Shown one piece after another: positions 33,121 through 44,593 of a stretch of 45,554 nt of DNA. Within the stretch, counting starts at the first letter, position 1, and each line of letters begins with the position of its first letter. The stretch is taken from positions 3,539,065-3,584,618 of the forward strand of contig NC_057752.1 in NCBI RefSeq assembly GCF_004010195.1. Direction: 5' to 3'. Source of the DNA: Chiloscyllium plagiosum (taxonomy: Eukaryota). A program made the position numbers and the translations under genes. Below the pieces are notes generated by a model. That model was not told the origin of the DNA. It ran no database searches and was given only the letters and a program-made list of their open reading frames with translations.

Positions 33121-35156
33121 AATAGAGTCATAGAGATATACAGCATGGAAACAGATCCTTCGGTCCAACCCGTCCATGCCAACCAGATATCCCAACCCAA
33201 TCTAGTCCCACCTGCCAGCACCCGGCCCATATCCCTCCAAACCCTTCCCATTCATACACCCATCCAAATGCCTCTTAAATGTTGCAAATGTTCCAGCCTC
33301 CACCACTTCCTCTGGCAGCTTATTCCATACACGTACCACCCTCTGTGTGAAAAGGTTGCCCCTCAGGTCCCTTTTATATCTTTCCCCTCTCACCCTAAAC
33401 CTATGCCCTCTAGTTCTGGACTCCCCCACCCCAGGGAAAAGATTTTGTCTATTTATCCTATACACTCCCCTCATGATTTTATAAACCTCTATAAGGTCAC
33501 CCCTCAGCCTCTGATGCTCCAGGGAAAACAGCCCCAGCCTGTTCAGCCTCTCCCTGTAGCTCAGATCCTCCAACCCTGGCAACATCCTTGTAAATCTTTT
33601 CTGAACCCTTTCAAGTTTCACAACATCTTTCCGATAGGAAAGAGACCAGNNNNNNNNNNNNNNNNNNNNNNNNNNNNNNNNNNNNNNNNNNNNNNNNNNN
33701 NNNNNNNNNNNNNNNNNNNNNNNNNNNNNNNNNNNNNNNNNNNNNNNNNNNNNNNNNNNNNNNNNNNNNNNNNNNNNNNNNNNNNNNNNNNNNNNNNNNN
33801 NNNNNNNNNNNNNNNNNNNNNNNNNNNNNNNNNNNNNNNNNNNNNNNNNNNNNNNNNNNNNNNNNNNNNNNNNNNNNNNNNNNNNNNNNNNNNNNNNNNN
33901 NNNNNNNNNNNNNNNNNNNNNNNNNNNNNNNNNNNNNNNNNNNNNNNNNNNNNNNNNNNNNNNNNNNNNNNNNNNNNNNNNNNNNNNNNNNNNNNNNNNN
34001 NNNNNNNNNNNNNNNNNNNNNNNNNNNNNNNNNNNNNNNNNNNNNNNNNNNNNNNNNNNNNNNNNNNNNNNNNNNNNNNNNNNNNNNNNNNNNNNNNNNN
34101 NNNNNNNNNNNNNNNNNNNNNNNNNNNNNNNNNNNNNNNNNNNNNNNNNNNNNNNNNNNNNNNNNNNNNNNNNNNNNNNNNNNNNNNNNNNNNNNNNNNN
34201 NNNNNNNNNNNNNNNNNNNNNNNNNNNNNNNNNNNNNNNNNNNNNNNNNNNNNNNNNNNNNNNNNNNNNNNNNNNNNNNNNNNNNNNNNNNNNNNNNNNN
34301 NNNNNNNNNNNNNNNNNNNNNNNNNNNNNNNNNNNNNNNNNNNNNNNNNNNNNNNNNNNNNNNNNNNNNNNNNNNNNNNNNNNNNNNNNNNNNNNNNNNN
34401 NNNNNNNNNNNNNNNNNNNNNNNNNNNNNNNNNNNNNNNNNNNNNNNNNTATTTGTAAAAACCTTTTGGATTCTCCTTAACACTATTTGCCAAAGCTATT
34501 TCATGTCCCCTTTTTGCCCTCCTGATTTCCCTCTTAAGTATACTCCTACTTTCTTTATACTCTTCTAAGGATTCACTTGATCTATCCTGTCTATACCTGA
34601 CATATGCTTCCTTCTTTTTCTTAACAAGACCCTCAATTTCTTTAGTCATCCAGCATTCCCTTTCACCCTGACAGGAATATACTTTCTCTGGATTCTTGTT
34701 ATCTCATTTCTGAAGGCTTCCGATTTTCCAGCCATCCCTTTACCTGCGAACATCTGCCTCCAATCAGCTTTCGAAAGTTCTTGCCTAATACCGTCAAAAT
34801 TGGCCGTTCCCCAATTTGGAACTTCAACTTTTAGATCCACCACTATTTTAAAACGAATAGAATTATGGTCGCTGGCCCCAAAGTGCTCCCCCACTGACAC
34901 CTCAGTCACCTGCCCTGCCTTATTTCCCAAGAGTAGGTCAAGTTTTGCACCTTCTCTAGTAGGTACATCCACAAACTGAATCAGAAAATTGTCTTGTACA
35001 CACTTAACAAATTCCTCTCCATCTAAACCTTTAACACTATGGCAGTCCCAGTCGGTGTTTGGAAAGTTAAAATCCCCGACCATAACTACCCTATTATTCT
35101 TACAGATAGCTGAGATCTCCTTACAAGCTTGTTTCTCAATTTCCCTCTGACTATTG
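33121..35156 (-). mobile_element. CR1/HER1 LINE ORF2: APE domain, linker and RT C-terminus across a gap
   Basis: VMVGDFNFPNTDW...LDLLLGN...GEHFGASDHNSIRF; KENPKGFYK; ORF 33202-33621. Confidence 0.93.
33650..34449. other. Assembly gap (800 N)
   Basis: Run of N. Confidence 1.
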
Positions 35157-36057
35157 TATTCTTCTGTATCACTCACCAGGCACCCATGTAGTCTCTCAGA
35201 ATTAAGGTGTGGAACAATATGTTAGACGGTGAGATGTACTGTTGTAACTGGACACGCCAACACACACTCAGAGAGGTAAATGTTTACAGAGTTGGGCAGT
35301 CTCCAATATCGCCTCCATTGGAAGGGCCACCTTTTATTATTGTAAAGCACATTCGCCCAAAGGCTTTTCTTCCACTTTCGGTGTCCGAGTTAGTCATTTA
35401 CACACCTAGCCCTTACACAGGATCAAACAAAATGAAAATCAGCCATGCATGCTAAAAGGGGTTGTGTCTTCAAACCTTGCTAGTAGATTCCTGCAATGAA
35501 ATAGACTCTCGCTTGTGTAATTACACTTAAATCAATAGCCCACTACTGGTGCATAGCATTTAGCTCCCTCCATTTAGTTCCACAGTAACTAATTGCATAA
35601 CAAATTAGTGAAGTTCACAGATACATTTGATTACCTGCATGTTATTACAGCAAGTCAAGCAACCCCCCTCTGCGATTAGCTTCTGCTGGAGCAGTCAGTT
35701 TGAAGATACGAGAACCCGCACCATCTCAATGACTCCCTTCTGCTCTTACCTGTACCAGGCGTCCATCCCTTCTCACTGCTCAGATTTTGTGTTTGTTAAG
35801 GGTGCTGGGGAATCACACACATTCCTGTTTTCAGCCACTGTCCGCTTCACTGATCAGGGTTAGACCCTGGCTGGAATCATGACAGAGCCTTGCGTTACCA
35901 GAAGTCTCATCTTTCAGCTGAGATGGTAAATCAAGGTCATGTACACCTGCTCCATTTGCTCAGTTTGTGTTGACCTCAAAAATCAATAGGTTACTCACCC
36001 GCCCCCCCCCCCCACTCCCCCTCCCCCGGGATCTTGCTGTGCAGAAAACAGCTAGCT

Positions 36058-36368
36058 TTTTTTTCTTTATTCACAGGATGAGGACATCCCTGGCTAGGCC
36101 AGTGTTTATTGCCCAGCGGCAAGTTAATGCTGTGGGCCATACGTAGACCAGACCAGGTAAGGATAGCAGTTTCCTTCCCTCAAGGGCATTAGTGAACCAG
36201 ATGGGTTTTTCCAACAATCGATAATGGATTGATTCATGGTCATCATCAGACGTTTACTTGCAGATATTTGACTGAATTCCATGGCAGGATTTGAGCCCAG
36301 GTCCCCAGAACATTAGCTGGGTCTCTGGATTAACAGTGCAGCAATAATACCACCAGGCCATCACCTCC
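36058..36368 (-). mobile_element. MetaSINE-like SINE
   Basis: Homologous to 12076-12428. Confidence 0.8.
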
Positions 36369-36409
36369 TACATTCACTGTACCAAGGCAATTCATTATGT
36401 GTGGAGCAC

Positions 36410-36725
36410 AACCCAGGTCCCATTCTGAGAACCCGGGTTGGAATCCCACCTACGACAGATAGTGGAATTTGAATTCAACAAAAAATCTGGAATTAAGGGT
36501 CTAATGATGACCATGAATCCATTATTGATTGTCAGAAAACCCCCATCTGACTCACGAATGTCCTTGAGGGAAGGAAACTGCTGTCCTTACCTGGTTGGGC
36601 CTACATGTGACTCCAGACCCACAGCAATGGGGTTGACTCTTCACTGCCCTCTGGGCAATTAGGGATGGGCAATAAACACTGGCCTAGTCAGCGACGTCCA
36701 TATCCCATGAATACGTAAATAAAAA
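36410..36725 (+). mobile_element. MetaSINE-like SINE
   Basis: gggttggaatccc B box; gggaaggaaactgctgtccttacctggttgggcctacatgtgactccagacccacagc; LINE-like tail. Confidence 0.82.
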
Positions 36726-37111
36726 CTTCAAGGTGTGTGAGAGAGGCATCAGGTACCACACAAATCTTTTCTTTCAGTTCATGTTCAGGCACACAGTGAC
36801 AATCCATCGACCTTTGTCAATGCATTCAGCACCGACCTCGGAAATGTTTCTTTTCCCCGATGCCAGCTGTTCACGTATATCCGATGAGTTTTCCTGGTTC
36901 ATGGATCTGGGAATGTTCGATTTGTGTTGTTTTGTTGTCTGGGTTGGCACAAGGCAATAGTTGCTCCGCATAAATGACACAGCGCTGATCATAACAACAC
37001 TGATCCAAACCTGACTGACAGAGCAATACAAGGCATTCTTGTTGGGAAACAGTTCGTTTGGTGCCATTGGTGGAGGGTCTGTACAGACTAGCAATGCCAA
37101 TTCAGTATCAT

Positions 37112-37938
37112 GCCCTGCCTGTCCACCGTCAACAAGACACAAGTCAGGGGCGTGATGGAATACTCCCCACTTGCCTGGATGGGGGCAGCTCCAACAACAC
37201 TCAAGAAGCTCAACGTTAGGTTGGCTCAGTGGTTAGCACTGTTACCTCACAGCGCCAGGGACCCGGGTTTGGTTCCACCCTCGGGCGACCGTCTGTGTGG
37301 AGTTTGCACATTCTCCCCGTGTCTGCGTGGGTTTCCTCCGGGTGCTCCGGTTTCCTCCCACAGTCCAAAGATGTGCAGGTTAGGGTGGATTGGCCATGCT
37401 CAATTACCCATAGTGTGCAGGCTAGGTGGGTTAGCCACAGGAAATGCAGGGTTACAGGGATGGGGGCGGGGGTGGGTGGGGTGCTCTTTGGAGGGCCTGT
37501 GTAACCTTGATGGGCCAAATGGCCGATGTCCACAGTGTAGGGAGTCTCTGACCATCCAGGACAAAGCAAGCCACTCGACTGGCACCAGATCCACTCATAA
37601 ATAATTACTCGGCAGCACCAGTGTGTACCATTTACCTCAGACAGCACCTTGCCAAATGCACAACCATTTCCAACTAGAGGGACAAGGGCAGCAGATACAT
37701 GGGAACGCCATCACTTTCCGAGGCACTCACCATCCTGACTTGGAAATATATCTATCCCCTTTCTTTCTGTGATCAAAATCCTGAAATTCCCTCCCTCAGG
37801 GCTCTTCCTATAGCATACAGAGTGCAGTGGTTCAAGAAGGCAGCTCACCTCCACCTTCGCAAGGGGCAACTAGGGACAGGGCAATAAATACTGGGCCCAG
37901 CCAGCGACACCCATGTCCCATGAACAAGTAAAACAAAA
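37112..37938 (+). mobile_element. L2/CR1-group LINE 3' fragment with an HE1 SINE inserted at ~37216-37548
   Basis: LSTVNKTQVRGVMEYSPLAWMGAAPTTLKKL, resuming at accatccaggacaaagc; same tail as 26400-26487. Confidence 0.88.
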
Positions 37939-38898
37939 TGACTCTCAGTGAGGAACATCTGACAGCAAAAGATTAAAATCACAATTCTCTTGGGTGGAGG
38001 TGAGATGGGAGTAGGTGCTGGGGCATGTAGTTGAGGAATTCCCCGTTATCTAGAGCACGATTACCGGAGTGGAAAACCAAGCCACTCTTCCTTGCCAAAT
38101 ACCTGACCAGAGAGTTTAATTTGCTTTTAAATCTCTTGGACTGTTTAACATAATGATGAAATTAATATTTCTGTCGTCCCGCCACTGCATTTAAAAATGA
38201 CCTGAATCATGAAGATGATGAGCATAAGCCAAGTCAGAGATAAATTTCTGTTTCTGCTTCGACGAATTGTGATAACTCCCATTCAAAATGGCAGCTGATC
38301 GTCATTTCACTCGAGGCAATTTTTTTTTAATCAGGGATGAAACGAAAAGCAGCCAATTGTAGCACACCTGCAGTAAAATTACTTTCATACTTCTCCAACA
38401 GCTAACAAGCCACTTAACCAGTTCAAATGGCTTCCTAAATTGGCAAGAATATTACTGTACAGTAGGAGCAAAGGATGGAATTAAAGATTAAGTTAAATGG
38501 CATTTGCTCTAATTCTTTTGCAAAGTGTTTAATTCACAAGAGAGAAGTGAATTAATTTCTGTGCAGCAAATCATCCTGTTTAATCTGTAATGCTCTTATT
38601 CTAAAAACAGAACTCACCACATAACAAGAGGCAAGGGTTGAAAGCGATGGTGGTCCCTACATGAGAACTGACAGCCAAAGAATGAATAGAGAAGAAGCTT
38701 CTCGGTTTGTTATGCAGCCGAACTGGTCATTACCACAATGACCCAAGTATTGTAGGAGTTCACCATACCTTAAACCAAGTAGGTGCACTTGTACAAGAGA
38801 TAGCCTTCATATGATACAGAGAAATAAAAGAGAATTTGACTGCCATTGAGGTCAGCATTTGAGTACTAGCATGTACCCGGGCTCAAGGAGAATCAATA

Positions 38899-39410
38899 CA
38901 GAATCCCGACAGTATGGAAACAGGCCATTCAGCCCATCAAGCCCACAATGAACCTCCAAAGAGCATCCCACCTCCCCCCAACCCTGTAAACCTGCATTTC
39001 CCATGACTAACTCACCTAACCCGCACATCCCTGGGCACTATGGGACAATTTAGCATGGCCAATCCACCCTAACCTGCACAGCCCTCGGCACTATGGGGCA
39101 ATTTAGCATGGCCAATCCACCCTGACCTGCACATCCCTGGGCACTATGGGACAATTTAACATGGCCAATCCACCCTAACCTGCACAGCCCTGGGCACTAT
39201 GGGACAATTTAGCATGGCCAATCCACCCTGACCTGCACATCCCTGGGCACTATGGGACAATTTAGCATGGCCAATCCACCCTAACCTGCACATCCCTGGG
39301 CACTATGGGGCAATGTAGCATGGCCAATCCACCCTAACCTGCACGTCCCTGGACACTGTGGGACGATTTAGCTTGGCCAATCCACCCTAATCTGCACATC
39401 TTTCGACTGG
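38899..39410 (-). mobile_element. HE1 SINE 3' part with internal tandem expansion
   Basis: Tail gaatcccgacagtatggaaacaggcc followed by the 53-bp array. Confidence 0.85.
39031..39401. repeat. 53-bp minisatellite x7
   Basis: Unit ctgggcactatgggacaatttagcatggccaatccaccctaacctgcacatcc starting at 39031, 39084, 39137, 39190, 39243, 39296 and 39349. Confidence 0.97.
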
Positions 39411-39735
39411 GCAATAGATGCTGGCACTAGCCAGTCACGGCCTCACCCTGTGAATGAATAAAGCAAACAAATCCCTCCTAAAGTGTGGTGCCCCAAAATG
39501 GGCACAAAACTCTCAGCTGAAGTCAAAACGTTGGTTCATAAAGGTTTATCATGGCTTCTGATTATCGTGACTCCAGGCAAAGATTAGTGGCACTTGGGCC
39601 AATACGTTAATGGAAATCATTGGAACACTGTTATAACCAGCAGACAGGGGGCATTTTTAGCGCATCAGTCTGGGTTGGATTTGAACTCAAGACACAGAGC
39701 AAAAAGGACAGTGCTCAACCATCACCTGGTAACCC

Positions 39736-40625
39736 CAAGGAGAAGTAAGGACTGCAGATGCTGGAAGCCAGAGTCATTATTGACTTTCGGCAGGATTTTA
39801 CTCATGCCCCCACTTCCGCCCCCCCCGACACATTAACAGCACAGAGTGGAACCAGTGGGGAATGTCAAGCTCCTGGGAGTGGGTCATCCACAACAAGCTT
39901 TCTTGGACTCTTCATGTGGACGCACTGGTTACAAAGGCCCAACAACGTCTCTGCTTCCTCAGGCAGCTGAGGAAATTTGGCATGACGGCAAATACCCTTG
40001 CCAACTTTTATAGGTGCGCCATCGAGAGCATTCTGTCTGGATGTATCACTACCTGGTATGGCAACTGTACCATTCAAGATCGGAGACGGTTACAGAGAGT
40101 GGTGAACTCAGCCCAGACAATCACAAAGGCCAACCTCCCATCTATAGAATCCATCTACCAGGCCCGCTGTCACGGAAAGGCCGCCAGCATTCTCAAAGAT
40201 CCATCCCACCCTGGTAATGTTTTTCTACAACCTCTACCATCGGGGAGAAGGTACAGAGGCCTGAACACACACACCAGCCGGTTTCGAAACAGTTTCTACC
40301 CTACTGTTGTTAGAATACTGAATGGACTCACAAACTCTTAACATTCACCTGTACCTGTGTTTTGGTTTTTGCCGCTGTTTACCTATTATTTACTATCTAT
40401 GCTACTTAACTCTGTGACCTGCCTGTATTGCTCGCAAGACAAAGCTTTTCACTGCGCCTGAATTAAATTCAATTCAATTCAGAGTCAGGAGATGGGAGGC
40501 TCGAAGGGCACAGCGGGTCAGACAGCATCCAAGGAGCAGGAATGTCCTGGCGAAGGGTTTCAGTCCGAAACTTTGCCTTTCCTGCCCTCAGATGCTGCTG
40601 AGCTCTTCCATCTCCACATCTACTG
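39736..40625. mobile_element. Fold-back HHR mini-element with 12-bp TSD, split by Rex1/Babar
   Basis: acctggtaaccc at 39724-39735 and 40626-40637; degenerate HHR ctggcgaagggtttcagtccgaaac at ~40547-40571. Confidence 0.82.
39777..40480 (+). mobile_element. Rex1/Babar LINE 3' fragment
   Basis: ORF 39862-40341: KAQQRLCFLRQLRKF...FYRCAIESILSGCITTWYG...LPSGRRYR; TSD (c)agagtca at 39769-39776 and 40480-40487. Confidence 0.92.
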
Positions 40626-40639
40626 ACCTGGTAACCCTT

Positions 40640-40903
40640 GATCGGGTCATTGCCTCTGAACTAGAGGGAATGCATTTAAGGTGGGGGGGGGGCGGGAATG
40701 TCTTTTACACAGAGAGCGGCAGGAGTCTGGAACCCACTGCCAGGTGTGGTGGTGGGGGCAGAGACGACAGGGCGTGACTTTTAGGAATGGAGGGATGTGG
40801 AGAAAGGGCAGGCAGAAAGGATTAGTTGAATTTGGCACCACGTTCACCCAACATTGTGGGCTGAAGGGCCCATTCCTGTGCTGTACTGATCTATGTTCTA
40901 ACT
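40640..40903 (+). mobile_element. CR1 3' fragment
   Basis: actagagggaatgcatttaaggtg...ttttacacagagag...gggctgaagggcccattcctgtgctgtac. Confidence 0.75.
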
Positions 40904-41321
40904 GATCAGTTAGCTGCCCTACTGCCTGAAGGCAGATTCTGCATTGGCAGTTGTGCGCAGGGTGAAATTGGGAAGCATGCCCAGTGCCCAGCACCCACTG
41001 GGCTCCAACTCCAGTCTGCCGCACTCGGTACACAAGAGTACACCTGGAAGATTCCTTCTAAAGTCAACTTCCTGCTCCCCCCCCCCACCCGCCCCAACAC
41101 CTTTTGGAAGCCAGGAAAGCACATTGGCAGAGATTGGGTGGGATTGAGTTCTTGCAGCCAAGTTCCCACTCGGTTGTGCGTGACAAATTCACGAGGTAGC
41201 AGGAAGGAAGATGCGCCTTTAAATGGCGTCACTGGTGATGTTTTGACGTTCAGTGGCATTTAGCAACCTTTGAACAGTTGGCACTGCATGACATGTCCCA
41301 TTTTTCAGATTCCCGAGCGAG

Positions 41322-41570
41322 TTTAAAGAAGAGAAAGGGAATTCTCCTCAGTGTCCTGGTCAATATTCATTCTTAAAGAACACAATTAAAGCGAATTACC
41401 TGATCACTGAGATCCTGCTGTTTGTGGGACACTGCTGATTACTCATTGGGTTGCTGTGTTTCTGACATGACGTTAGTGACTGCACTTTGATAAGTGCTGC
41501 ATTGCCAGTGAAGTGCTTTGGGACATTCTGCGATCACGAAAGGCCTGTACAAAACTGTAAGTCTTCCTCT
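41322..41570 (+). mobile_element. DeuSINE (SacSINE1-like) 3' half
   Basis: gaagagaaagggaattctcctcagtgtcctggtcaatatt...gctgtttgtggga...aagtgctttgggacattctg...gaaaggc; homologous to 7939-8168. Confidence 0.72.
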
Positions 41571-42197
41571 CTTGATGGAATAAAGAGTTATTTGTTTACT
41601 TTCGTCACCAATGTACCTCAATTTAAACAAGCAAGGAAAGTGCATTGCTATAATGACAATGCCTCTGTTGGGAGGCATGAACGGAATTCAATAATCACAA
41701 AGGAAGTACAAATTGGCTGCTGTTTTGCTACAGATTTTCAACACAAGCTTATTTAAGGCCAAGTCCAGAGAATTGCAACTCAGAAGTCAACCTTATTTTT
41801 CTGTTTACCTTTCACCCTGACTCAGTTCAATAATGATTAAAGCAGTTTTGTAGAGACAGATGCTTTTTATTTGAGGCCTGATCCAGGAGACTGTTAAACA
41901 GCATGACACATGTTTGAAAAGCACCCTTTAGAAATTGTCAATACTGAGGCTTCCCACAACAGATAATGATAATATTTTACTTGAAATGCATTGCAGAATC
42001 AGCTGTTTGACAGCGCCACAGTCTCCAAGAACTCGGCAGATTGCTGAACAAGGACGGGGACTTTAATATTTCCGAGTGACAGTGAATCATATTATTTTGA
42101 TTGGTCGGGCAGCGATTTTGCAGTTTCCTGAGTGATCACCGTGTCATAAATTTTAGATTACTCACGGTGAACGATCAGGGAACAATCCAGAAATATT

Positions 42198-42894
42198 ACA
42201 TAGAGTCATAGAGATGTACAGCACGGAAACAGACCCTTCAGTCCAACCCGTCCATGCCGACCAGATATCCCAACCCAATCTAGTCCCACAAACCAGCACC
42301 CGGCCCATATCCCTCCAAACCCTTCCTATTCATATATTCAAATGCTTCTTAAATGTTGCAGTTGTACCAGCCTCCACCACTTCCTCTGGCAGCTCATTCC
42401 ATACACGTACCACCCTCTGTGTGAAAAAGTTGCCCCTTAGGTCTCTTTTATATCTTTCCCCTCTCACCCTAAACCTATGCTCTCTACTTCTGGACTCCCT
42501 GACCCCAGGGAAAAGACTTTGCCTATTTACTCTATCCATGCCCTTCATAATTCTGTAAACCTCTATAAGGTCACCCCTCAGCCTCCGATGCTCCAGGGAA
42601 AACAGCCCCAGCCTGTTCAGCCTCTCCCTGTAGCTCAGATCCTCCAACCCTGGCAACATTCTTGTAAATCTTTTCTGAACCCTTTCAAGTATTACAACTA
42701 CTTCCTGATAGGAAGGAGACCAGAATTGCACGCAATATTCCAACAGTGGCCTAACCAATGTCCTGTACAACCGCAACATGACCTCCCAACTCCTGTACTC
42801 AACACTCTGACCAATAAAGGAAAGCATACCAAATGCTGCCTTCACTATCCTATCTACCTGCGACTCCACTTTCAAGGAGCTATGAACCTGCACT
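42198..42894 (-). mobile_element. CR1/HER1 LINE 3' fragment
   Basis: C-terminal part of ORF 42330-43103 (QVHSSLKVESQVDR onward). Confidence 0.95.
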
Positions 42895-42896
42895 TG

Positions 42897-43170
42897 ATGA
42901 AGCAGAGCTTTCATGATTTTTGTGAGGAACTGGCCCGGGCAAGTTGGAATCAAACTCTGAAAGGCAGAAATGTTACGAAGCAATGGGTACTCAAGGAACA
43001 GGCATCCCAGGTCCAAAAGGGAGAGGGAGGGTGACAAAAGCCAGGCTACCTGGAGAGTGAAGGAGGTGGAAAGCAGAAAATTATAGCTGCAGAAGGGAGG
43101 CATGCCACAGTTGTCGAATTAATAACACAAGGGAGAATAAGGCTAAATATAAAGCAGACAGAGGAGAAGT
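42897..43170 (+). mobile_element. Old CR1 ORF2 linker remnant
   Basis: EELARASWNQTLKGRNVTKQW resembles the QELSKADWRQMFAGK segment at ~34700-34790. Confidence 0.5.
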
Positions 43171-43321
43171 GAATAATTAAATCAGCGGGGGGGGGACAGT
43201 TAATGAATATAAAGGCATTAAAAAGGCTTTGTACTGATATGTTGTCAGTCTAAGAACTGTCAGAGTTGCGGGGCTGATTACTGACCTACTGAGGTAAGCG
43301 TCATGGCATTTTGTTTTGTTT

Positions 43322-44110
43322 CATCCATACCGACCATAATCCCAACCATAGTCCCACCTACCAGCACCTGGCCCATATCCCTCCAAACCTTTCCTATTCA
43401 TGTACTTATCCAAATGTCTTTTAAATGTCACACTACACCAGGTTATAGTCCAACAGGTTTATTTGGAAGCATTAGCTTTCAGAGTGCTGCTTCTTCATCA
43501 GGTAGTGCTTCCAAATAGGCCTGTTGGACTATAACCTGGTGTCGTGTGATTTTTAAACTTTGTCCACCCCAGTCCAACACCGGCATCTCCACATCATGTT
43601 GTAACTATTTCCACATCCACCACTTCCTCAGGAAGTTCATTCCACATGCGAACCACCTTCTGTATAAATAATTTTCCCCTCATGTCTTTTTTAAAATCCT
43701 TCTCCTCTCACCTTGAAGCTATACCCCCTCGTCTTGAAATCCCCTACCTTAGGAAAAATACACCTGTCATTCACCTTATCTATAAAACCATAATTTTATA
43801 AATCCTCGATAAGGTCGCCTCTCACCTTCCAGTGAAAAAAAGTCCCAGCCTATCCAACCTCTCCTTATAACTCAAACTCTTCATACATGGCAGCATCCTG
43901 GTAAATTTCTTCTGAACCTTTAATAATATCCTTCCTATAACAGGGCGACCAGAACTGGACACAGTATTCCAGAAGAGGCCTCACCAATGTCCTGTACAAT
44001 CTCAACATGACTCATCAACTCCTATCCTCAGAGGTCTGAGCAATGAAGGCAAGTGTGACGTCTTAACCATCCTGTGTGACGCAAACTTCAAAGAATTATG
44101 TATCCTAACA
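43322..44110 (-). mobile_element. CR1 fragment with a family-2 fold-back mini-element at ~43429-43595
   Basis: Homologous to 14750-14861 plus 15755-16280. The insert has inverted arms with the axis at ~43502, next to the HHR core (tcatcagg). Confidence 0.88.
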
Positions 44111-44290
44111 TTCCAGTTCCCTATGGCAGATTCAATATTGTTGAAATGAGGCTGCAAGTGAGCTATATTTTAGCTGTTGGTGTGAAAATGGGTTGATTTC
44201 TTTCAAGTGAATGCCAGAAAATTAAGCCATCACTAACTAACAGACCAACAGTGAGTGTACAATGCACCGAGGTGAAAGAGATGAGGTTAC

Positions 44291-44593
44291 GGGCGGCACG
44301 GTGGCACAGTGGTTAGCACTGCTGCCTCACAGCGCCAGAGACCCGGGTTCAATTCCCGACTCAGGTGACTGACTGTGTGGAGTTTGCATGTTCTCCCCGT
44401 GTCTGCGTGGGTTTCCTCCTTGTGCTCCGGTTTCCTCTCACAGTCCAAAGATGTGCAGGTCAGGTGAATTGGCCATGCTAAATCGCCCGTAGTGTTAGGT
44501 AAGGGGTACATGTAGGCATATGGGTGGGTTGCGCTTCGGCGTGGACTTGTTGGGCCGAAGGGCCTGTTTCCACACTGTAAGTAATCTAACCTA
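44291..44593 (+). mobile_element. HE1-type V-SINE, full length
   Basis: gggcggcacggtggcacagtggttagc head, V-domain and tail. Confidence 0.93.

Noticed and set aside
33079..34649. Long ORFs of 290-459 aa in the track
   Set aside because: Inflated by the N gap; real residues are CR1 sense or antisense.
35745..35830. Strong minus-strand donor (CAG/GTAAG)
   Set aside because: All three frames hit stops within ~65 nt upstream. A non-coding or micro-exon cannot be excluded but is unsupported.
36774..37142. 122-aa minus-strand ORF and a nearby plus-strand acceptor at 36777
   Set aside because: No recognisable protein or consistent exon structure; the ORF start lies within a LINE fragment.
39031..39401. 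CRISPR-like periodicity
   Set aside because: Contiguous units with no unique spacers; SINE-derived; eukaryotic context.
39862..40341. 159-aa ORF as a host gene
   Set aside because: C-terminus of a Rex1/Babar RT, duplicated at 15364-15600 and ending in the element's microsatellite tail.
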